A stretch of 63,752 nt of DNA, filler included, from Hyphochytrium catenoides (lineage: Eukaryota > Protista > Hyphochytriomycota), in the NCBI GenBank assembly GCA_900088475.1. It is 10 parts of 10 records of this genome, joined end to end, with 100 filler letters (N's around TTAATTAATTAA, not from the genome) between each part and the next. Parts side by side here need not be neighbours in the genome. Positions count along the whole stretch, not along the records: positions 50,268 to 56,673 come from FLMG01003943.1; positions 56,774 to 59,694 come from FLMG01004199.1; positions 59,795 to 61,127 come from FLMG01002278.1; positions 61,228 to 63,752 come from FLMG01000682.1; 6 more parts are not named here. One strand, 5' to 3'. The notes under the pieces were generated by a model, which had not been told where the DNA came from, searched no databases, and worked only from the letters and a program-made list of their open reading frames with translations. This document shows positions 55,579 to 63,752 of the stretch, piece by piece. Every line of letters starts with the position of its first letter. Positions within the stretch are counted from its first letter, which is position 1. A program made the translations under genes and the position numbers.

Positions 55579-56424
55579 TCTTCTCTCTCTCTCTCTCTGA
55601 CTCTTCCTTTCTCTTTTGGTCTCCCTCTTTCCTGAAGATTGCGTCTCTCTCTCTTCTTTGAGTGAGAGATCAAAGAGACAATGGCAAGCTGCTCTCTCGA
55701 TTGCTATAAGGGAGAGGCGGGCGGAAGCTTCTGAAGACGTCCCAAGGATAAGGAGATGAAGATGTGGGAGAGAAACTTGGGAAGAGGGACTTCTGTTTGC
55801 TTCCCTCACTTGCTCTCTCTCTCTCTCTCTCTTCCTCTTCTCTCTCTCTTTCTTTCCTTTCCTTAGTTTCTCACTCTGTCTCACTCTCCTCTCTTCGCTT
55901 TTTCTCTCTCTCTCTTCTCTCTCTTTCCTCGAATCCTTTGCCACGATCTTGTTAAAGGATGTCACGAATCGCGAATATGACTTCTCTCTCAAAATGGTAA
56001 GGGTGATGCCTATACCCTATTAAGACCTTTCCGATGGTAGTAGTAGGAAGACTCTAAGGCTGTCTGATTCTAAATCTACGATGCTGTAGCTCGGTGGCCG
56101 CTAACGTGTATCTCTCTCTTTTTCACTCTTTCTCTCTCTCTCTCTCTTGTCGCTTCTTCCGCTTGTCTGTTCATCACTGATAACAATTCTACGAGTACCT
56201 TCCTCTTGAGCGTTCTCTCTTCCCACTTGTCAATCTTCCTTTCTGCTTTGCAGCGACCATCGTCTCTCGTCTCTTTCCCTATCACTTGGATCTCATCACT
56301 CAGAAGTGAACCTTCTCAATCTGTCCCTTAGTCTTCCATGGCAGCAGTCTCTTCATCTCCTCCTTATTTGGTTGGCACCGACAGGACTGGTACAACGACG
56401 AAGAAAGAGACAGTATTATTGAAA

Positions 56425-56468
<44 letters not shown>

Positions 56469-56773
56469 AGAGAAAGGAGAGAGAGACTAAGGATACCAAT
56501 AAATAATTCTCCTTAATAACCAGTGGGAGCCAAGTGTTCCTCTTTGCTATCTCCATCCTTGTCATATCCTCTAAATAACTTCCAGCAAAGCTCTGGACCC
56601 TATGCCGCCTTGATTCCCCTATCCCTTGCACGTCTCCTGCTCTCTCTCTCTCCCTCTTTTCACTCTCTCTCTCNNNNNNNNNNNNNNNNNNNNNNNNNNN
56701 NNNNNNNNNNNNNNNNNTTAATTAATTAANNNNNNNNNNNNNNNNNNNNNNNNNNNNNNNNNNNNNNNNNNNN

Positions 56774-56891
56774 CATCTCGCCCAGGTTCAATGGCCGAGG
56801 GTCCACGATGGTGCTGGGAATGTTGGCGCTCAGCTGGAGCTCTAGAGAGAAACAAAAACCGAGAGGGACTAGTTAAGCATCATATATCGGG

Positions 56892-56923
<32 letters not shown>

Positions 56924-57084
56924 AGAGAAAGAAGGAGCGCGTGGTCGAAGGAAACGATTGACAAGGGAATATACACGCAGAGAGAGAGAGAGGAGAGCCA
57001 GCACGTGGATAACCGAAGCCAACGCGGGACCACCCGTTCAACTTACCCTGTCTCCGTCTCTCTCTCTCTCTGCTGCGCTTTTCT

Positions 57085-57121
<37 letters not shown>

Positions 57122-57699
57122 GCTTTCTCCCTCTTCTGGCACTTACCCATGGAGAGGTCTCCCTTGCCGCCCGCGACATCTACGACTCCTGCTCCAGAGG
57201 CGAGGTAGGCCTGTCCGTAGGTCTCAAGCAGCCAGGCGCGGAACACAGAAGCGCGATTGTGGTTCCGACATCTGTCTTTCCCGCCCCAGCCCGAGCGTCT
57301 CTCTTTCTCCTCTGTCTCTACATCTCCTCGCTTCTTCACTGTCTCTCTCTCTTCTCTCGCAAGACCAGCCGTCCCTTCTCTCTGCTTCGTCACCGGAATA
57401 TCAATGCTGAGGATCACTCTCTCTTCTTCGCACTGCACAGCCTTCAGTTTGCCTATCCTCCGGACGCTGTGCTGAAGCTTTACAGACGGAGAAAGAGAGT
57501 CCGTTTCTCTCTTCTCTGTGTCTCTCTCCTCCCCGCTGCCCTTTGTCTGGATGTCGCTGGTACTGCAGGGGATAATCACGCGCAAGGGAAGGGCAGAAGA
57601 TGAAGGAGAGAGATGCTCTCTCTCCATCCCTCGCTTTGGCCCCGTTGCGCTGGTTACTCTGATGGTGGAGGCGAGGAGAGAGAGAGAGAGAGAGAGCAA
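56774..57699 (-). CDS. Uncharacterised SAM-dependent methyltransferase-like protein fragment; start uncertain, 3' truncated
   Basis: RASVFRAWLLETYGQAYLASGAGVVDVAGGKGDLSM | ELQLSANIPSTIVDPRP: a glycine-rich SAM motif I (VDVAGGKG) followed by motif II 'VDPR'. Confidence 0.7.
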
Positions 57700-58377
57700 A
57701 TATCAGCGAGAGAGGAGAAGAGAGAGGGCCGCGCTGCAGCATCAGAAAGGCGAGTGCCTGTTCGCTGCCATCAGAAGTTCTACCAGCAGGCAGGTCCAGA
57801 GGTCAAGAGAGAAATGGAGAGGAAAAAAACGCAGAGGGAGGAGGACAGAGTGAAAGAGGGAGAGAGAAGCGAGAGGCATGGTGGAGAGAAGAGGAGAGAG
57901 AGAGCGAGCGAGCGTGGAGGGAGAGAAAACGTAAGAGAGATAGGGAGAGCGAGCGCGATAGAGACAGAGAGCGAGCGCGAGAGAGAGAGAGATAGAAAGA
58001 GAGAAAGAGAAGAGAGAGAGAGAGAGAAAGAGAGAGCGGAAGAGAGCGGAAGAGAGAGAGAAAAAGAGAGAGAGAGAAAGAGAGAGAAAGAGAGAGAAGA
58101 CCGAGAGAGAGATCAATTAAGAGAGAGAGAGGGATATTGAGGCGTGTGTTTATTGAACGCTCACTCGATCACCAGCTTCGGTCTACTGAGAGTTATGGAC
58201 ACTGTTAGTTTCGGCTTTCTCTTCCAATGCAGGCATTCAATGTTAGTATTTGACTTCTTCACACAGTCCATTTACGTATTTTCGGGAATGACGATTCACT
58301 TTTCAGACCTCTGGCCGTTAGCGTCCTCCGCTCTTAGGGAGTGAAGCGGCAAGCGTTACAGAGAAGACTTGACGGGC

Positions 58378-58413
<36 letters not shown>

Positions 58414-58641
58414 GAGAGAAAGGAGAAGAGAGAAAGAGGAAGAGAGAGAACTATGGGAGACAGCAGTCGCGGGGGAGCGGTGGCAGAAAGAGCAGGCTTA
58501 GCTTGGCGCCGGAGAGGACAGGTCTCTGACCATCTCACCCCACTAAGAGAGGCCGAGGGAGAGGGCAATAAGAAGAGAATACTGGAACATCATCGTCAAT
58601 CATCTCGGCCGCTCTCTAGCCTCAGGGCTCGTCGTCCTTCT

Positions 58642-58672
<31 letters not shown>

Positions 58673-58725
58673 TCCCGTCTGCGACGATGGGCTGGGGCTG
58701 AGGATAGGGCTCCTGTGGGGACGTC

Positions 58726-59451
58726 ATGGCTGGAGCCTTTATAAAGGCCAAGCAGGGCCAGTCTTGCCCTCCAGACCCAGCGCAGTGCACGGTGCTCGCA
58801 CGGCCTGAGGTATCCAATCCCCTCACTCTCTCCCTGTCTTCCTTTCTCGTCATCTCGCTCTCTCCCTGTCTTGGACCGACCTTTCTCTTCATCTCACTGT
58901 CGGGATGCCCATCGCTTTCTCTACATCCCTCGAATGCTTTCTTCACCAGTCTCCATCTATCTTCTCTCTTTCGCACTCCATCATTCTCCGTCTGCGCCTT
59001 ATCTTCTTTTCGTCCATCCCTCATTTTTCTCCTTGCTCTCCTCTCCTTCTTTCTCTCCTCTTTTTATTCTCTNNNNNNNNNNNNNNNNNNNNNNNNNNNN
59101 NNNNNNNNNNNNNNNNNNNNNNNNTCTCTCTCTCTCTCTCTCTCTCTCTCTTCGCTTCTCTTCCTCTATCTTTCTATCTGCGTATCTCATGCCCTCTTAC
59201 ACCTGTTCCTCTCTCTGTGTGTCTCTCTCTCCTTCTCCTTCTCACTCTTTCTTTCTCTGTCTCTCCCTCCCTTTCTCTCTTCCTTTTCCTCTCTCCTCTG
59301 TCTCCCACCCTGCCTGCCTGTCCCCCAGCTGTCAGCCTCTCTTCCTGGTGGCGAGGTCCTATCAGTGGCGGTGCACTCAGGCTCCGGAGTGGCGGCGCTG
59401 ACACAAGCGGAGAGACTGCAGCTCTGGGGCTCTCAAGGAGGAACCTACACG
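58726..59451 (+). CDS. First two exons of a hypothetical protein
   Basis: ATG...MAGAFIKAKQGQSCPPDPAQCTVLARPE|gtatcc, a CT-rich intron, then cag|LSASLPGGEVLSVAVHSGSGVAALTQAERLQLWGSQGGTYT|gtgact. In phase, no recognised domain. Confidence 0.4.
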
Positions 59452-59898
59452 GTGACTCCTGCTCGCTTTCTTTTCCTTCTCTCTCGCTGCCGTCATTTCA
59501 TCAGCTTTCCTCTTAGGTTCCTGACCTGTTAGCTCATACTCTCTCTCTCTTCTCTCTCTCTTTCCCCTTGCGCTGCTCTCTCGCTCTGCGCCCTTCTCTC
59601 TCTCTCTTTCTCTCTTATTAACAATGCCCGTGTTCATTCGTTCCCTGATTGACTTTCTGCTACTTCCACGCACTTTCTCTCAGTGTCTGGGTCANNNNNN
59701 NNNNNNNNNNNNNNNNNNNNNNNNNNNNNNNNNNNNNNTTAATTAATTAANNNNNNNNNNNNNNNNNNNNNNNNNNNNNNNNNNNNNNNNNNNNCCGTTT
59801 ATAAAATGGTGACATAGAGTCCTCTCCACATCTTTCTTGCTCAATTTTTATCTCTTTTCATAAAAAAAAAGCAAAGAAGTGGTGCCAGGATTGTGATT

Positions 59899-60402
59899 GA
59901 TGGTTCACCGCCTCCTCCTCATTCTGCCGTAACATTGCTGAGGTGATCAACTATGATTCTTTCTTTACTGATGATGAGCGTGCAGCAGCTTGAGCTAAGG
60001 ACGAGACCAAGGCGTTATAGCTTTTCTTCTCTTCTCTCTTCTTCTTCCTCCTCTTCTTCAGCAGCTGCTTCTTCTTCTCCTCCCCCTTCTCCTCTTCTCC
60101 CCCTTCTCCTCTTCTCCCCTTATTATCACTAAGGAGATCAACTTGATTCTTGCTTTACTGATGATGAGCGGTGCAGCAGCTTGAGCTAAGGACGAGACCA
60201 AGGCGTTATAGCTTTTCTTCTCTTCTTCCTTCTTCTTCTTCCTCTTTTTCAGCTTCTTCTTTTTCTTCTCCTCCTCCTCCTTCTTCTCCCCTTATTATCA
60301 CTGAGGAGATCAATTATGATTCTTCCTTCACTGATGATGAGCGTGGAGCAGCTTGAGCTGAGGACGAGACCAAGGCGTTATAGCTTTTCTTCTCTTCTCT
60401 CT

Positions 60403-60433
<31 letters not shown>

Positions 60434-60570
60434 TTTCTTCTCCTCCTCCTCCTTCTTCTCTCCTTATTATCACTGAGGAGATCAATTATGATTCTTCCTT
60501 CACTGATGATGAGCGTGGAGCAGCTTGAGCTGAGGACGAGACCAAGGCGTTGTAGCTTTTCTTCTCTTCT

Positions 60571-60602
<32 letters not shown>

Positions 60603-60790
60603 TTTCTTCTCCTCCTCCTCCTGCTTCTCCCCTTATTATCACTGCGGAGATCAATAATGATTCTTCCTTCACTGATGATGAGCGGTGCAGCAGCTCGAGC
60701 TGAGGACGAGACCAAGGCTTTGCAGCTTCTCTTGTCTCTTCTTCGTTCTTCTTCTTCCCCTTCTTCTTGTTCTTTCATCTCCTTCTTCTC
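59899..60790 (+). repeat. Tandem repeat, ~172-bp unit, about five copies
   Basis: Unit core ATTATCACTGAGGAGATCAAYTATGATTCTTCCTTCACTGATGATGAGCG..GCAGCTTGAGCTRAGGACGAGACCAAGGC followed by a (CTT)-rich tract. Confidence 0.95.
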
Positions 60791-61227
60791 CTCGATGCTC
60801 TTCTCTTTCTTTTCTTCTTCTGAGTAGCGGCTGTAGAGATCAAAATAATTATCTACTTTTTGGTCCACGTTGGTTAGATTCTATAAAAAGAAGTAAAGAT
60901 ATAGAAATCATAGATAATGAGAGATGATTCGTTGCTTGTGACTGATGTTGCTTACCTTCATTCAAGATAAAAGGCACCTTTGATGATAATATCATCTGTT
61001 TTTTATTCTCTTCCTTTTCTTTATTTAGACAAATGACACAGAAGAGGGTCACTCATCATCATTAAATAGTTCATAGGGTTTTCAAATATATAGTGAAGCA
61101 CCATGAGCATAGGTCATTGAGAGAACANNNNNNNNNNNNNNNNNNNNNNNNNNNNNNNNNNNNNNNNNNNNTTAATTAATTAANNNNNNNNNNNNNNNNN
61201 NNNNNNNNNNNNNNNNNNNNNNNNNNN

Positions 61228-61830
61228 CTATCGAGGCCGTTTGTCTGAGAAAGCGAAGCTCAAGAAGTATGACGTTCCCTGTAAGGCTGTAGGGTTGCAG
61301 TTTATTCCGCTCGTCTGGGAGTCGTTTGGGGGAGCTATGCAAGGCGTCGTTGATTGTGTGAGACACCTGGTGAAGCTTCAATGTGACCGCTCCGCTCTTG
61401 ATGGTTCTCGGCATCTTGGTCCTTGGTCTCGCTTAGCTATGGGCCTACGCCTTCATACGCGAGTGTCTTGGCCATCACGAAGAAAATGCACTTCAAATCT
61501 TGAAGCGCATTCCTCCTGAACAGCTGGACCCTTCTCTTGCTTGTCTCGCGACGGCTGAGCTCGACGGGGTTGACATGGTTGCTGGTGATGACATGGTTGC
61601 TGGTGGTTCACCTCCTCCTCCTCCTTCTTCTCCGCTCATCATTACTGAGGAAATCAACTATGATTCTTCTTTTACTGATGATGAGCAGGGAGCAGGTCGG
61701 GCTGAGATGAGGGAAGAACCTAAGGCTTCTTAGCTTTTCTCTTCTCTTCTCCTGCCTCTTCTTCTTCTTCACTTTCTTCTTCTTCATTAGACAATAAAAA
61801 GAAAGAAGAAAATGGTCAAAAATAACTTCC
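61228..61830 (+). mobile_element. 3' end of a non-LTR retrotransposon with a restriction-like endonuclease (CRE/NeSL/R2-type)
   Basis: EKAKLKKYDVPCKAVGLQFIPLVWESFGGA fits the RLE C-terminal pattern ExxKxxKY..GxxFxPxxxExxG. One copy of the 172-bp unit follows at ~61600-61770. Confidence 0.7.
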
Positions 61831-62029
61831 TTCTTGGTTTTCGTCGCTGGCGGGCAGCTAAGTCCACGGTTTTGTAGTAGCTCTTATTCGAATAGCTTCT
61901 GCGTACCCTGCAATCTGTTTTTACGTTTCTCACAGGTGATTTGAAAATTTTTAGTCTACTTCAGTGTTGGTCTTTCAAGAACTACTAGAACTACTATAAT
62001 TATAGAGAAGAAGTAAAAGAAGAAGAAGG

Positions 62030-62270
62030 AAGAGGACAAGAAGAAGGAAGAGGACAAGAAAAAGGAGAAGAAGAGAAGACAATAGAGACGAGGCGAGAGC
62101 TACAGAGTCCTGGATTCTTCAGCACGTTCTCGTCCTCCACAGTCATTAACGAGAAACAAAGAAGAATCATAGTTTCTAGTTGAGCTCTTCGGCAATAACG
62201 AAAGGAGACGGAGGAGGAGAAGAAGAGGGCGTACCGCGGAGACCATCAAGACAGTCACGCTTGTGCACAT
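62030..62270 (-). repeat. Diverged inverted copy of the 172-bp unit
   Basis: The reverse complement contains TTGATGGT..CTCCTCCTCC..TTATTGCCGAAGAGCTCAACT..AACTATGATTCTTCTTT..GAGGACGAGA..TGTAGCTCTC. Confidence 0.7.
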
Positions 62271-63752
62271 CATAAGGGTTTCCTGAAGGTACTAGAAGAG
62301 AACTTTGCTGCTTCACATCATACTACATTGGATTGTAAATTGCAGTACCATAGGTATTGACGCTATTCTCCTAATACAGCTCCCTGCACTTAGAAAGAGG
62401 AAGAATTCATGGTGACGTGTGTAGGTCTTCTCCCTTTGACCTAGCACCTAGCTGTGTATAATGTCAGTCGCAAGGCGGTAGGGCGATGCCCTCTATTCAG
62501 TAATTTGGAGCTGTCAGCAGGCGATGCTGTGGTATGTTGGTCTGCAGGATAGAAGCGATATTCCCGCTCCTCGTTGGTTGATGATAGAAGGTTGGAGAAT
62601 TAGTACGGACTCTGGGAAGAAGACCCAAGGAAAATTTTGGAACGCGTTCTTGAAATGAGCCCCATCGAAACCCTTAAGTATGCTGAAGTTGGAGCTTCTA
62701 GTAGTGGTAATGGGCGCCTCAGTACTGGACCCCAGCAGCAGCAGCATCGTGTAATGTCCCTTTCTCTGCTTTCCGGTGGACTTCTCTCGTACGACTTCCT
62801 TCCTACTAGCCACTACCGCTTTGCCAGAGAGCTAGATAGTTCTTCTATCCGTTGGGCGCGGAGGAGACAGAAGTGATTATATATGCTCCTAGAAGATGAA
62901 GTTTTTCTGCTTTGTAGTTGAGTTCCCTTCTTGTGTCATCAAAGGGATGATCCCTCCTCATCATAGTCGGCCGGTCTTCTGTACTCAATAAATATCATCC
63001 GGTCGCCCTCCACCCTCCGGTCCTTTACACACTTTTTTTTGTCCATTGTTGATAATAGCAATAACAGAAGGGTCTCATTCCCTCCACCCCCAGATCTTGT
63101 GTCTAAGGACATTGATTATAACATCATAGACGTGTATGCACCCAAACTTGTCGCCACCAGTCGTGTGCATCATTTCGGCAAGTCCTGCGAAGATGACAAC
63201 AACCGCGCGGCCAGGAAAAGCCTCCTTTCTTCCTAGTACATCTGAAATAAAAGCACCTGCTGCAGCACTGGGTGCATGATGAAGTGTTAGTGTTAATGAA
63301 CACCTTTAACGGGAAAGGAGGTTGTTGGGCCACGTAACAATAGTCTTGCCAGGAATAGTGCCAGAAAGAAGACACTGACGCTGTTAGTAATAAAGCATAA
63401 TATCCTACTACAGATGCAACACCAAGAAGTGCGTTCATCCTCCGTTTCGATGTCTCGTGGGTGCTCTTGAGGGTAGAACAGTAGTGAAGTCTTTGCCTTT
63501 CCTTTTTGGCATTTTCTCCACTTTCTTGTCTCCATTCACCTTCACAGACCTAATGATGTCATGATGATGGCAATAATGGAGGATGCCGGTCAGCTCGGCG
63601 CGATGCTTGGAGGCATCTCAGAAGTACTCGTAGGAAGGTAGTAGGTGCGTCTATCTGCTTGTGTCCAACAGTACTCGTAGTAGTTAGGAAGCAGTACTAC
63701 GACTACTTTTATTATCCAGTTTTAAGAATTAAAGAAGTACTACAAATCTCTA

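Noticed and set aside
59899-60790. CRISPR-like regular repeat
   Set aside because: The whole ~172-bp unit repeats, there are no unique spacers or cas genes, and the context is eukaryotic.
62300-63752. Short ORFs at the window end (including an RVSF motif at ~63068)
   Set aside because: Multiple stops, no consistent exon chain and no recognisable domain. This looks like TA-rich decayed sequence.

Overview
This is eukaryotic, intron-rich genomic DNA. It is probably from a stramenopile-like protist, an inference from the CxxxGC..HGGG zinc-finger protein and the multi-PAS protein. The window is ten unrelated contigs joined by artificial N-TTAATTAATTAA-N spacers, so adjacency across spacers means nothing. 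I assembled spliced genes by eye from GT-AG exons: ornithine aminotransferase, a SNAPC1-like protein with a long acidic repeat tail, an ACAP-type BAR-PH-ArfGAP-ankyrin protein, JMJD6, a multi-PAS sensor fragment, a mitochondrial 2-oxodicarboxylate carrier, a Byr4/Bfa1-like protein, an AKTIP-like E2 variant, HDDC2, RPN11/PSMD14 and a methyltransferase-like fragment. An intronless zinc-finger gene is also present. Mobile DNA includes Copia and Gypsy remnants, two TIR elements, a non-LTR (RLE-type) 3' end and a ~172-bp tandem repeat related to it. Most ORFs in the supplied track are artefacts of GA/CT microsatellites. Four signals stand out: (1) introns polarised as 5'-(GA)n ... (CT)n-3', able to self-pair; (2) a RIP-like CpA/TpG->TpA mutation bias in repeats of an apparently non-fungal genome; (3) the SNAPC1 acidic repeat tail with a possible splice-donor switch; (4) a Byr4/Bfa1-like gene. 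Exon boundaries were read manually and may be off by a few bases.
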